Shown here piece after piece: positions 1 to 12,521 of a stretch of 64,000 bases of DNA (its first letter is position 1; every line of letters begins with the position of its first letter). Under the pieces are notes generated by a model. The model worked only from the letters and a program-made list of their open reading frames with translations. It did no database searches and was not told where the DNA came from. The translations under genes were made by a program, and so were the position numbers. Source of the DNA: Trichosphaerium sp. ATCC 40318 (Eukaryota; Protista; Tubulinea); the NCBI GenBank assembly GCA_038496445.1, contig JALMLS010000540.1, positions 62,001 through 126,000 on the forward strand, given 5' to 3'.

Positions 1-2
1 CG

Positions 3-659
3 TATAAAAAAGAGAAACACGGTAAATTCACATGTAAATGGAGAGGACCATATGAGATATTAAAACTAGTCGGAAGAAATACGGTACTACTCAAACTACC
101 TGAAGATAGTCAGATGAGCCGCGTTATAAACGTAGAAAGGATGAAACCATTCATAGACTCCTTTCTAAGACCAGAAGACTATGTAGACGAAAATTATGAG
201 AAATTTGAAGATGAGGATGGAGAGATACGAGTAGTAGGAGATGAGGATTACATACCCGACAGAAAGAAAGACGACAAAGAGGAAGAAATAAAGAAAGATA
301 TTGGAAAAGTAAAAGAAATTGCAGAAAAAATAGAAAAAGGGGGAGTAACATCGACTAATAGAAGAATAACGAGATCAAAGACGGCACACAGAATGGAGCT
401 ACTAAGAAATATATTGAAAGATATAGCAATAGCAGCTCCTAAATTAACTAAGAAGAAGCTAGAAGAAGGGATAATAGATATAATTGGAAGAGGATCACCA
501 TACATTAGAGACGGCGTTACACAAAAGAAATTAGTAACGGAAATTGGAAATTGCATATCGAGAGGAGACTTACGAGATTGGCTGGATCAAGTGATAGAAG
601 AATTTGATGATACGTTTGCATTAGATATAGCATTATCACTTAGTGGAGATCATACTTAG
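3..659 (+). CDS. Pol polyprotein C-terminus (integrase GPY/F module, charged linker, predicted helical tail); partial
   Basis: ORF 114..659 extends upstream without a stop to the window edge and contains the WRGPYEI motif. Confidence 0.85.
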   Translation, partial: YKKEKHGKFTCKWRGPYEILKLVGRNTVLLKLPEDSQMSRVINVERMKPFIDSFLRPEDYVDENYEKFEDEDGEIRVVGDEDYIPDRKKDDKEEEIKKDIGKVKEIAEKIEKGGVTSTNRRITRSKTAHRMELLRNILKDIAIAAPKLTKKKLEEGIIDIIGRGSPYIRDGVTQKKLVTEIGNCISRGDLRDWLDQVIEEFDDTFALDIALSLSGDHT

Positions 660-810
660 TCGCTAAATTTACCTCCAAGTACATCTTGGTATTCTGGGTT
701 AAGAAGGTTTCCCTGCGATTAAGGTTAAAGGATTAGAGGATTTGGATTGAAGGATAAGATGACGAAGAAAAGAGAATCAGGATATTTATTATAACATGGA
801 AGTTATAACT

Positions 811-824
811 AAAGGAAGGGGGAG
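811..824 (+). other. polypurine tract (PPT)
   Basis: AAAGGAAGGGGGAG, ending 4 nt before the LTR-initial TG at 829. Confidence 0.8.
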
Positions 825-828
825 TTCT

Positions 829-986
829 TGTAAGGTGGAAATCAATCAGAAGTCAATCTACAGGAATCATATTGACGTTCAACCAATCATTCACAGAATA
901 CCCACTTAATGTACACGGTCCTTAAGACCATAATAAATAGTATACAACAGCTACACAACAACTCTTGACTACCTTACCCTCTTACA
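829..986 (+). repeat. 3' LTR, 158 bp
   Basis: Starts TGTAAG (829) and ends CTTACA (986), a 6-bp terminal inverted repeat. Contains AATAAA near 932 and directly follows the PPT. Confidence 0.8.
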
Positions 987-2213
987 TTACTTCGCACTGA
1001 TTTCTATTGAATGAGGGCTGTTGTATGCGTCATCCACGTTCAAAAAAAAAAATCTTTCCTGACGAGGCTCTGCAGTGATATAAATCATGTTTACCTTATT
1101 GTGTGTAAGGCGAAACTTCCCATCTCGTATTTATTGTACCTCGGAAGTTCTTGTTGGGAAGTTCTTGTTGACTACAACGATGAACTTGCAAGATACTTAT
1201 TTTCTTTACTTGCACTACTTGAAAAAATCAGTGTGAAAACGCAAATTGTTTTTTTTTTTTAACTGTGAGTTTCCTCAATAAAAATTCAAAGAACAGACAT
1301 TGGTAACACGTGTAATGATTTATGGCAAGGCATACGTTATTGTGCAGGCACAGCACATATTCTAAGACAACAAAACTTTAGCTTTGGAGAAAACAGTTTT
1401 GTGTTGATTAGCCTCAGTACCCTAACGCTGTTTTCAATTGGCACCGCACAGTGAATGGATGTGTGATTAATTATCGTAATAATTACCATACCATTTCGCT
1501 TTTGCTGAAAACAAAACCGCCTTGTTGTTGATTGCAGGCTAGTCAAAATGTCGTATACTTATCATTTTAAAATGTACTTTGGGTTTGTGTTTAAGGTTTT
1601 TGTAATAACTTTTGTTGCGTGGACCTTTCAGATACTTCCCTTCCAAGTAAACGCGAGATTATTGTTAGGGTGCAATATCAACCTCATTTGTGTCTTCATT
1701 ACATTTACTCAGACTAAGCATTAGTTTCAACAATGGAGTTCTTAGATTGTGACGTGTGTCTTTATGCTGACACTGACTATACTATAGACCGGTATGAAAC
1801 CTTGTTATGGGAAGCTTCTGTATTCAAGTTTGAAGTGACGGGTATACATTTGTACGTGGTTCTTATTTCAAGACTTTGCCATATTACTGTACACATGTGA
1901 AAAATAACACTGCAATATTTGGCAATAGCAGACAGACTTTGTTGTGTTGATGTCATTTCGTGGAATATCTGGGGTTAATTTACTGATTCAGCATCTGCTA
2001 AATTTGTTTTGAATAGTACCTAGCAATTACAACAAGTTTGAAGGTAACAATTGGCAAGTTAAACGTAAACACGTGCGAGCATCTGGACGGTTTTCGTTTT
2101 TTTGAAATTCATGGAAGTTACTAGCACAGCTACTGAGTAGCTTGACGACCCAAGTTAACTGGGTCAAGTTGACTACAACTGACTTACATACTATTTTTAA
2201 ACGTGAGTTAATT

Positions 2214-4500
2214 ATGACAATAACACAATGCCTATTGATTCTTTGTTTGCTCGCTTTACTAGTTCTTGGTGTTGACGTACACGTGTTTGTTAATCATTTA
2301 AAGCTGTCCTACTTTATAGATACCTGTTGCAGACTCTACTGAGTTATTAGCCGCTATAGACGATGCCCAACCAGGCCATACTATTGTGTTAGCAAAGGGG
2401 TACGTTAAAACGTCATTTTTGGGCGTTTGACGCGATAACTTTGTAGAAGTTCTAAAGGCTCTTAGTACTTATCCCATTTCTGCGTCTAAAATACGCTGTG
2501 ATGTAGCAGGGACTCAGTCAGAACCAATTACAATAAAAAGTAATGTAAAAGGTGAAGCTGTAATACAAATCGATAATGGAGCCAATGTAGTTACCGAGGT
2601 ACGTTGTTTAGTCACTGTGAGATTAAACGACGCAAGTGACGTCTATTTTTCGAAATCGAAAGTTTTTTTTTTCTCAAATAAAAGACTACGAAATAAATGA
2701 CGGTAAGTGCTATGGTGGCAACATTAAATAACCAAAAGCATCTTTATTCGAATAAGAAAAGTCTAAATCACGTGATATTTCGTTCCTGTTCGCACTTTAC
2801 GCTAAGTTGTATCAGGGATTCCTTGTTAGTAAGCCATACTGGATATTTGAGAATTTGGTCGTTGAGGGTACATGTTCAAGTGATACTCCATGTGAACATG
2901 CTTGGCATGTTGTTGGTGAAGCTCATTTCCTTGTGTTGAGAAACAACATAGCCAGGGATTTTAATGCTATGATAAAAGGGAATAAACAAGGTACATAGTC
3001 TGAACCAAAGCTCGCCTTACTAATAATATTAACAGGTGATATATGGCCTAACGATGCTCTAATTGTCAACAATGAGTTCTATAATACCCGATCCAGAATG
3101 ACAAGTAAGTACAATCAAGCTTGCAACATTTTCTGATTTTTTTCTTCCCTTTAGCAAATCCTGTTACACCTATTGATATAGTTGGTGGTAGACGATGGGT
3201 TATTAGGGGAAACTATATTCATGATGCTGCAAAGGCTCTAGGGGATAAGGTATTTATGTTAGTTGTTGTTGAGAACTAAACAGATTAACAGATCAGTTAT
3301 CAAGCGTTTCTAAAAGGGAACAGCCGTGATGGTGTGTTCGAAAGTAATCTCGTCTGTTGTTCATGTTTGTTCACGTGTTCGTACCTCAATTGTAATGTAC
3401 ATAACGTATCTAACAATACTAATCTCTAGCCACCGAGACACGCGTTGGTTTGTCACTGGGCGGAGGTGGAAGTAGTCCTAATTCGATATGCGAAGATAAC
3501 ACATGTGATCGTATGAAACATAATTTTGTATACGCTTAACCTTCGACGCATAGCTGAACACCAAGGAGGAATTCTTCGCAATAATATAATCCTTAATTGC
3601 AACGATGTTGGTATCTATGTACGTACACCGTCATTTTTAATGAGTATTAGCGTAACCGATTAACTGTTTTAGATCAACAAAGGTACCAACACGAAAGTGT
3701 TGAATAATCTATTGTATAACACAGTGGGGGTTGATATGAGATTTCAATCAACTACAGGCACTGTTGGCAATAACATTCTAGATGGCAGAGTAAAGAACAG
3801 GTAAAAATAAGTTACCTTTTGAAACACGTGATAACCATCACGGTTTGTTCTAACAATGTTTATTTAGGGACATGGGAAATCATACAGCTTTTAATAATAT
3901 TGAAATGACGGTTGGCTCTTTAGATAGCCTCTTTAATGATCCAAGTAGTAATGTACAATCAAACTAAATACCTGTTCCTCTGTGAACTAACTTTTGTTAT
4001 CAAGGATTTTTCATTAAAAGCAGGTGCTGACACAAGCGCAATTCTTGGTATGGCGCAAATGAGGTAGGTTGTTACAAAACTATTGTATTAACAATTTATA
4101 GAAGTGAAGTAATGCTTGATTGGTGTGGTAATACTAGGGGCAATAACCCAGATATCGGGCCGATAGAGTACTCTTCTACTAGCCCATGCTCAAACACAAA
4201 CACAATACCCTGGTTTAGGTGTGCTATTATTTCTCATTTTTTTCTAACATCTGTTTTTTTTTCCAACACTTTTTATCCGTGTTTTACTAATCATAATATA
4301 GCGTTGTAACTAACAATGCCACAAATCCGACAATGGGAAGTATTCCTACAGCTTCTTTAGAACCAACGACAAGTGCACCAACTTCACCAAGTCCACCCAC
4401 TTCACCAACTCCACCAACTTCGCCAACTTCAAATGTTGTTGCTATTATTGTACCTAAAATATTTATAGCCGTATTGTTAGCACTACTAGTACAAGGATGA
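2214..4500 (+). CDS. secreted, probably GPI-anchored right-handed parallel beta-helix protein (pectin lyase/chondroitinase B-like fold); multi-exon
   Basis: The spliced product has a signal peptide (MTITQCLLILCLLALLVLG), ELLAAIDDAQPGHTIVLAKGTY, AGTQSEPITIK, and beta-helix rungs (WVIRGNYIHD, GILRNNIILNCNDVGIY). It ends in an S/P/T-rich linker and a hydrophobic tail (TGA at 4498-4500). Confidence 0.8.
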
Positions 4501-6346
4501 TTCGGATCATATTTCCACAAGACCTTCAAATAAAATATTGTAGCGAATTGTGACTGACTGCAAATGGTACTGAGAAAAACATAAAAGGCATTTACACAAT
4601 TAAATATACTTTATGTAACCGCCAAAACTGTTGACGTTTTAGCTAAGTAGCGTACTTGTGTTGTCATGGTTTGTGTTGATCAACACGTGAGTTACGCATT
4701 TATTCTGCGTGGTTAGTGTACTGATTAGTTTAACAAGACAAGTCAAAAATCACTATTGTCAAATTGTTTCAACAATGTACTTATCAACTATAAAATTACC
4801 TCAAGCAGCACGTGCAAAGAACCCGCCTTTTTTTATTAAAGTCATCTGAGGTTCATTCATAACGTTTTTGGTACGCACTACAAACAGCTAAGATTTAACA
4901 GCTGAAAACATTTCAAATGCCCTAACTTTTAACAGGAAAGCTGCTTTTGCACGATAAGTATCTGACGTGCTTTATATCTCAATGAATACGTGCCTACCAC
5001 CATTTATACTTGAATATCAACACTATGAAATTGCCACACGTCAGTATTATAGCAACGACATTCCAGACGTATCAAATAACGACTCAATGGACATAGAACA
5101 TGATTGGCCTACTATCAGCCGAAAAAGACCCTCAACGACTTGCGAAGGTTGCGAGTTTGAAAGACCACGAAAAAAGTATAAGCACACTGTACAACATGCA
5201 TAAATTTAACGGAAATCAATTCAATGTTGAAGTTTCAGCGGAGAAACAAAGCAATTAGCAAGCCCGCTCCTACAAATAACGCGAGCTAGCTACGCAAAGA
5301 GAGTAGAGTTACGAGCGTGTAATATATGAAGTACGCAGTAAAAATAAATTACTAGCGCTCGTAAAGGCATACATCATGTAGCAACCGCGTAGGAAATACT
5401 GTTTTTATGGTTATTTAAGGTTGTGCTTCAAAAAAAAACTCAGTTTTCAATTATGTCGCTGCACATCAAACAGGTGATTTTTCGTGCTTGAAGCGACTAC
5501 AGTTGATAGTATGTTATGTAGGGTATATAATGGAGGGTTTTCGAACTTGTATTCACGCACGTGTATGTTAAAAATTGACATATCCACCAGTGAGGATTAT
5601 TAAGGGCATCAGTAAGGCCACAGTATTTGACAAATGTCTTCCGCTAATAACTCTCTCTGTAGGTGAATTATTGCAGGCTCATTTTGCTATAAGTTACATT
5701 CCACATGTAGGTGTAATATATGTTTGACGTCATTGTAAAGGTTTCAGTTGGTGAAGATGTTGACGCAAGTTGTTGTTCCCATAATATTCTTATCTATTTC
5801 AACACTTTATAAAGGAAGAACTATTTGAGGAATCGTTTGAAGTTTCTCCATTTAATGATGATCTTTCTGTACCGATGCAAGTTGACATAATATAGAGTTT
5901 CTGTACTTTAGTTACTCGGATATGTTAAGTTGTTGATACACCTGTAAAATAAAGCTGCATTCCAAATAATTGTTCAATATGAATACTGTGGCGATAGCCT
6001 CTGGATCATGTACCAAAGCTACGCCAGTGTAGAAATGTGCATACCATCCCGAAGGTTCAATTCTGTACTGTGCAGCACCTGGCACCGTAGCGCCACTCAT
6101 ACCTATAAGAAAAACAAGTGGATTCACATACTATTGCCAGCAACTGCGTACCTAGACCACTCCTTGTATTCTTCAAGTTGCCTGAACTACTCAGATTTGT
6201 CAGTTGCCCAATGTGTTCAAAACTTGTCTCTGTTTATGTGACTCATTTTGACTATGCCGAAAAGAAAAAAACCCAGAAATTTGATTATTCTTCAGAACTA
6301 TTAAGCGTAGCGTTCAGAACTGCAAATATTAGATTACAGCTACAGT

Positions 6347-7987
6347 ATGTCACAACAACATCTAGATACCGAGTTTCAAAGGTATGCACCTATTTTTCTC
6401 TATTTGACCTCTAACATTTCCGCAAGCACACCAATACACATTTTAGACTTCCCAACAGAGATTCTAGCACATATTTTATGTCAAACGACTAAAGCGCGAT
6501 TAGCAGCTTGTCAAACGTGTCATACCTTTGCTTCTATTATTCACGATGTTATTGGATACAAACACGTGTGGCTTTCATCAGCCAAGGAAGCAAAGGCGCT
6601 ATTAAAACACAGTAGCACTCTACGCCATACAAAAATCACAATCTTGTTTGATTTTTGTGTGGCTACTTCAAAACTATTTGCTGGCGTTCATACTATCAAT
6701 CTCAGTCACTGCAAAAATATTACAGATGAAGGCATAAGATCACTTTCAGGTGTCCATACCATTGATCTAAGTGGTTGTGCTAGTCTTACAGATGAAGGTG
6801 TAAGATCACTTTCAGGTGTTCATGCCATCAATCTCAGTCATTGTTATCATATTACAGATGAAGGTATAAGGGCTCTATCAAGTGCTCATCATATTGATCT
6901 TAGCTGTTGTACTATAACAGATGAAGGTGTAAAAGCACTTTCAGGTATTCATACAATCAATCTCTATTGGTGTGATGGTATTACAGATGAAGGTGTAAGA
7001 TCACTTTCAGGTGCTCATGCCATCAATCTCAGTCACTGCTATTATATTACAGATGAAGGTATAAAATCACTATCTGGCGTTCATACAATTGATCTCTGTC
7101 AGTGCTATTGTATTACAGATGAAGGTATAAAATCGCTTTCTGGTGTCCATGCTATCTATCTTGATGATTGTAGAAATATTACAGATGAAGGTGTAAAAGC
7201 GCTTTCAGGTGTTCATACTATATCTCTTGACAGTAATAAGCATATTACAGATGAAGGTGTAAAAGCTCTTGCTGGTATTCATACTATCAATCTCAATCGA
7301 TGCAAAAATATTGGAGATGAAGGCTTAAAAGCACTAAAAGGTGTTCATACTATATCTCTTCTTTACAATAAACGTATCACAGATGAAGGTATAAAGTCGC
7401 TTTCTGGTGTTCATGCTATCTATCTCAATCACTGCAATGTTGGAGATGAAGGTGTAAAAGCGCTTTCAGGCGTTCATACTATATCTCTTGAATATATTAA
7501 CAATATTACAGATGAAGCAATAAAAGCGCTTTCTGGTGTTCATACTATCAATCTTAGATGTTGCGTTCATATTACAGATGAAGGTATAAGAGCTCTATCA
7601 GGTGTTCACCATATTGATCTTAGCTGTTGTAATATAACAGATGAAGGTGTAAAATCACTTGCAGGTGTTCATGAGATCAATCTCAGTGATTGTTATCATA
7701 TTACAGATGAAGGTGTAAGAGCACTTTCAGGTGTTCATACCATTGATATCAGTGGTTGCTGTCATATTACAAATGAAGGTATAAGAGCACTTTCAGGGGC
7801 CCATACCATTGATCTCAGGGAGTGCTCTGGTATTACAAATGAAGTTATAAAGACACTTTCTGGTGTTCACACTTTTGATGTCAGGGAGTGCAAAAATATT
7901 ACAGATGAAGGTATAAGATCACTTTCAAGAGCTTGTGAAAATATTAAATATATCGATGCTTACATAAGATGGCCATATTGGATTTGA
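6347..7987 (+). CDS. F-box plus about 19 tandem 21-22 aa cysteine-containing LRRs
   Basis: F-box-like ILDFPTEILAHIL...TCHTF; repeats LSGVHTIxLxxCxxITDEG(I/V)(K/R)(A/S). A probable in-frame 45-nt intron (about 6382-6426, GTATGC...CTAAC...CAAG) precedes an uninterrupted repeat exon. Confidence 0.9.
   Translation: MSQQHLDTEFQRYAPIFLYLTSNISASTPIHILDFPTEILAHILCQTTKARLAACQTCHTFASIIHDVIGYKHVWLSSAKEAKALLKHSSTLRHTKITILFDFCVATSKLFAGVHTINLSHCKNITDEGIRSLSGVHTIDLSGCASLTDEGVRSLSGVHAINLSHCYHITDEGIRALSSAHHIDLSCCTITDEGVKALSGIHTINLYWCDGITDEGVRSLSGAHAINLSHCYYITDEGIKSLSGVHTIDLCQCYCITDEGIKSLSGVHAIYLDDCRNITDEGVKALSGVHTISLDSNKHITDEGVKALAGIHTINLNRCKNIGDEGLKALKGVHTISLLYNKRITDEGIKSLSGVHAIYLNHCNVGDEGVKALSGVHTISLEYINNITDEAIKALSGVHTINLRCCVHITDEGIRALSGVHHIDLSCCNITDEGVKSLAGVHEINLSDCYHITDEGVRALSGVHTIDISGCCHITNEGIRALSGAHTIDLRECSGITNEVIKTLSGVHTFDVRECKNITDEGIRSLSRACENIKYIDAYIRWPYWI
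6676..7930 (+). repeat. 66-bp (occasionally 63-bp) tandem coding repeat array
   Basis: ATTACAGATGAAGGT(G/A)TAA recurs about every 66 nt. Confidence 0.92.
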
Positions 7988-9423
7988 CACAGACTGAGTG
8001 CTTTATAATATACTTATAAGTTGTAATCACAACGCAAATAAAAGATAATGCTCCTTAACATAGACTCATTATTACAGTCTCCCGCCTACTAATTAATTAA
8101 TGGACTAAAACAAATGTCCATTAGCATTCACTGATAAAATGGATGCAAGCATTTGTACATGTATGTATTAATATCATCTATAGTACCAATTAGATGTCGG
8201 CCAGCAACCTACATTTTAGAGGAGATTGACAATATTTTTACACCTTGGTTTTATTCTTCAAGTATCCAATATCACTTTGTACATACCCGCTCCTAAAGTC
8301 GCTAAATCACTGAGATAGTAGAAAGGTAACATACTTGTCGCAAGGCATGGCTAGCAACTCGGGAAGTTTTCCTAATGGGTTTGTTTTAGTTTTCCAATAA
8401 AACGTTTTTGGTTTTTGGAGTGTTGAACTCGCCGTTCTTGGCTAGTTTTACAAGAACCTGATTTTGTTTGCCGCTTATGGTGAAGAAGAGTCTAGATATA
8501 CAACCAATAACATGTAGTGTTTGCCCATGGGTTGTTTGTTATCTATTGGAACGTATACGAAATAGTCACGTGACAACAGTCAACAATAGTATTAAAAAAA
8601 CTGCAAGAAGGGTCGCTGTTACTTATCAGTACGTCTTAACAAATGGGGTAATGATCTTTTGATCTACACGTCTTCATGTTATAAAGTGTTTTTTTATTGT
8701 TTACCTCCATGTTGATTTCTTAGTACTGTTACAAAGCTTTTTGTAGTGAGGGACGAGTAGGATATCTGAACGCGCTCGTATTTTTCTGATGGTTCTTACT
8801 TCCAACGTCACTAAATATGGGGCTTGGGTGGCGCTGCAGCTGGGGTGAATATTTTCTCACACCGCCAGGGAAGTGTAATTACACGAATTATTTACGTAAC
8901 AGAGCTTACCAATCATGGCACAGTAGTAAATTATGATGTCAGTGTACCTTAGTCAGTAATGAAAAAGAAGGGAATGGTATTCAAAGTATGCTGTATTGTC
9001 AGTGGCAAAAAAGATGAAGAGTGTAGAGTTTCAAAGCAATGGCGAAGTCCACTTTTGTTAAAGGTAAACGCCATGGCGAATGGACCGCCGTGCAGCCCTG
9101 ATAGTCAACGAGAAAGTCATAGATACTATGTTAATAGCGAGCTATTCATGATACCTAACTTAATACGTTGCTAGTTGCTTTCAAGTTGTACTTGTTTTCT
9201 TAATGTTCTCATCAACCCACATACAACTCTTTTTATTAACCTCGTAGTTGACAGTCAAAATCATACATTGTGACTTTAGATTATACTCCTTTTAGAGCCT
9301 TAGGTATGCACGATTGCTTAAGGTACCTGAAGTATGTGTTTATTTAATGAGTTTGTGGTCTGTTCGGCAATGACCAAATAGAACAAGTTAAGTCTTTTGT
9401 AGCACATTTTTGACGAGTACAGT

Positions 9424-11232
9424 ATGGTGACACAAAGACGCAGTTTTGTGTTTATCACGGCGCTGTTCGCTTTGTTTATCACACTGTCGCATGGAGGTAA
9501 CTTAATACGATCATGCGACTGGGAAGGCAAAACATATCATTTACATGAAGAAACAAACGATACGAACACGTGTCTTGGAGGTACCACAATGACTCTTAGT
9601 AGTAATAAGCTTAAAAATTGTAAAGGCACAAATCCTCTCACAATCGAATCGATTTTGGAAGCATCAGTACTATCACAGTTCCCCGTACGCTTTTTTTTAT
9701 TTACAATGGTAAAACGAGTGTCAATATCACGTGTTCGCTAGTTGGTTTCTCAAGACTATTCCGCCACTTACGACTTTGCTAGGATCTAAAGCTTGCACTG
9801 AGGAACGATACAGATGATTTAAGATGGGAAAACCTTGATGGTAGCGAAGAAGTACCTACAATACTGTTTTCGTACCAACTGGCTAAAAAACCCAACATAA
9901 CAAGCGGTTGCGCAAGTTTAGTCAAAGGAGTACGCAACTTAAAAATAAAAGTTGAAAACAATGTTGAACTAACTTTGTTTAGAGGATTGTCAACACTTGT
10001 ACTGCGTCTCATTACGTTTGTGAACAGTTAACATCTCCACCATCAAACTTGGAGAGTTGTATGGAAGTTATTGAGACGTTACCATGCGTGTATCAATACG
10101 ACAGTGAGTAATACTTTTGAAATGTTGACGTTTGACACAATGCTTAGACCATTGTTACGACATCATTAAAAATCAGAATGGAGTATCGTGGATAGAGGCA
10201 CAAGGTAACGTAGAAGCATACTCAAACCACGTTAAGTGTAAAAAAGGATACTGTATGAAGAGAGGTGGGTATCTCGCTACGATCATATCTGAAGAGGAGT
10301 GGTTGTTTGTTGAGAATATTATAAATAGAACTGAATTACCTCTAAATGAAAGTACAAGTGTAATATGGCTTGGGCTGACTAGTAGTGATGGTGACTATTC
10401 TTGGGTGAGTTGCGTTCACATTTACTTTCTAATTGTACTGTTTTAGGCAATAACTAATGAACCTCTTGACTATGGGATGGTTTTGTACACGGAACCATGG
10501 AAATATGATCAACCAAGCAATACAATTGTGGGTGCTGCCCTTCAGAGCTGTTTGATAGAGTACGAGGAAATATTTTAATGCATCAGTCTAAACTGTTTTG
10601 CCTTGTAGAAAGAACAATACTTGGAAAGATGCTCTTTGTACGAATATTAACAAAAGGAACGGATTTGTTTGTGAGAGTGACAACGATGTAGTAGTACAAG
10701 GTGCTCTCAATTTTCACACAAGCTGCCTAACAAATTTCGCTTAAGGAGACTGGAGGCCGAGTCCAAAGGTGTTTCTAGACTCAAATGTTGTAATAAATGG
10801 TGACGTATTGTAAATCTTCTACGAGCTAACCTCTTCTGTTAGGTGATATAATATTCTCCAGTAATATTCTCATTTTAAAACAAAATCATACAACGATAAC
10901 AGTGAATGGATGTGTGAAAGGACGATTTGAAATCGATTGGACAAAACACAAAGTACAATCTTTTTTTTTTCTGATTTTCTAGTTTCCTCTTGAATCTCAA
11001 GCTAAACAAGTTCCAGGGTAAAGCTTCTTTTAAGATGAGAACTGAGTGTACTATTGATAAGTTTGAATCAACGACAAATCCAAACAACTGTGTTGAACAA
11101 AGGCAAAGGTTAAGAACAAGCCGTGCATTTGTATTTCGATTAGACCATGATGTATGCTCATTCTCATCAACCAAGTTGTACACATTTGGCTTTTATACCA
11201 TTACCGCCTTATTGATTATTTTGTACATGTAA
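9424..11232 (+). CDS. surface protein: signal peptide, C-type lectin domain, shared stalk, C-terminal membrane anchor; multi-exon
   Basis: SWIEAQGYCMKRGGYLATIISEEE, IWLGL, WKYDQPSN, WKDALC...FVCE (CTLD signature); stalk VINGDIIF...ITVNGC; hydrophobic C-terminus. Confidence 0.82.
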
Positions 11233-12521
11233 GACAGCGAGATGTAAAAATCAAAACTACAAAAAAAAGTGCTCAGATAAAATTATTAAGTCACTTTGTC
11301 TCGCCATTTTCCCACTTATCATGTTCACTTTGTTGTAAACTAGATACGCGCAGATAGTCAAAATCGTTCACGGTATTTTCCAAACACAAAGTTTCCTTGT
11401 ACTCCACTGCTCTCTAAGTGACTATATCGCTATGTGCAGAAGTTTTGTAGCTCCTGAGGGTAAAATTATCTCTGTACGTGCGTCTTATTGGCCCCACTGG
11501 GAAAAAAGTGCATGTGTATGGTCGTAATGGCTCCAAACCATTGCCAGTACGCTGTAAACATCCAAAAAAACTATCTCTGGAAATTTTGAAGGAGTCTGTA
11601 CGTAGGGAAACGAAATAGTTCTATTTATTCTGTTTGTGCAAACTGAATTAGTTGTTTGTACGTCAAGATCACTTTGTGCATACTAAAAATGTTGTATGAG
11701 CTCACGTACACGGCAAACGCCATGGTAACTTTTATTTGGTAAAAGCGTTTTTTTTGAGCTATTATTTTCGGTCATTTCGCGTAATCAAAACTATTTGGTG
11801 ACGTTTCTTATGCGTAAGTAATGTGGTTGGGAGGAACTTTGCTTGTTTTATAGTGTAAACTCTACCTTTTGTACTGACACACTCCAATTACATGTACATT
11901 AGCTAATAGAATGGTTTTAAGGAATTACAGGTCATTTGTTGTACGAGAGTACGAGACTTTTGGTTTTCACGTAACTGGTAACAAAAACCTAAATCAGGCA
12001 CAAGTCACTTTTACTCCCCAAAATTGTACCATCACAAGGTACACGTTATAAATAACATTAGTAACGATTCTTTGTGCCATGTACAATTAAAAACCCAAAC
12101 TAGAAACAAAAGGACGTGTATTAAGCATTTTTAGATGCGTTTAGGGCAGTACGGATGCTCAAATAGTGTTTCTTTTATCGTTGAACTGATCTTTGTTTAT
12201 CGCTGTGTGCTGGGCGGAAAACGTACAGTGACAACGTAACTTGGGATGTAAAACATATGTAGAGTATGCAGGGTTCACAAAACAAGGAGCTTTGTGTGTA
12301 CGAGCGTTGGACTTTGGGTGGATATTGCAAAAAGAATTTGCCTATCTGCCAGAATCTAGTTGTAAACAGTATATGGCGTGTAGATGAAGAAATAGTATGC
12401 TGTTTACTGGTACGTTGTCAGCGTTGCAAGTGGCATTATACGTGCAAACGTTTAGCCACACTATTCAGTGATTCTAGCTTAATTGTCATCCAAAATATAA
12501 CGACGTTACGAATTAGGTCTC

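Larger units (their letters stand above)
1..986 (+). mobile_element. 3' end of a Ty3/Gypsy LTR retrotransposon (integrase C-terminus, PPT, 3' LTR); 5' part lies outside the window
   Basis: The frame open from position 3 reads KFTCKWRGPYEILKLVGRNTVLLKLP...VINVERMKPF, the GPY/F module of Ty3/Gypsy integrases. It is followed by a polypurine tract and a TGTAAG...CTTACA-bounded LTR. The region is purine-rich and intronless. Confidence 0.88.

Noticed and set aside
4775-6300. Short ORFs (4967-5203, 6118-6414) and exon-like fragments
   Set aside because: I could not assemble a consistent spliced gene or recognise a domain; these may be small or decayed genes.
6676-7930. LRR array (and the MORN array at 46090-46905) as CRISPR arrays or DGR template/variable repeats
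   Set aside because: Both are in-frame coding repeats in a eukaryote; there are no cas or DGR RT genes and the variation is not adenine-specific.
8100-9230. Possible minus-strand multi-exon gene (open stretch of about 60 codons near 8705-8880)
   Set aside because: No recognisable motif, and neighbouring pieces contain stops; insufficient support.
11300-12500. Long intergenic gap with short ORFs
   Set aside because: No convincing coding or RNA signature.
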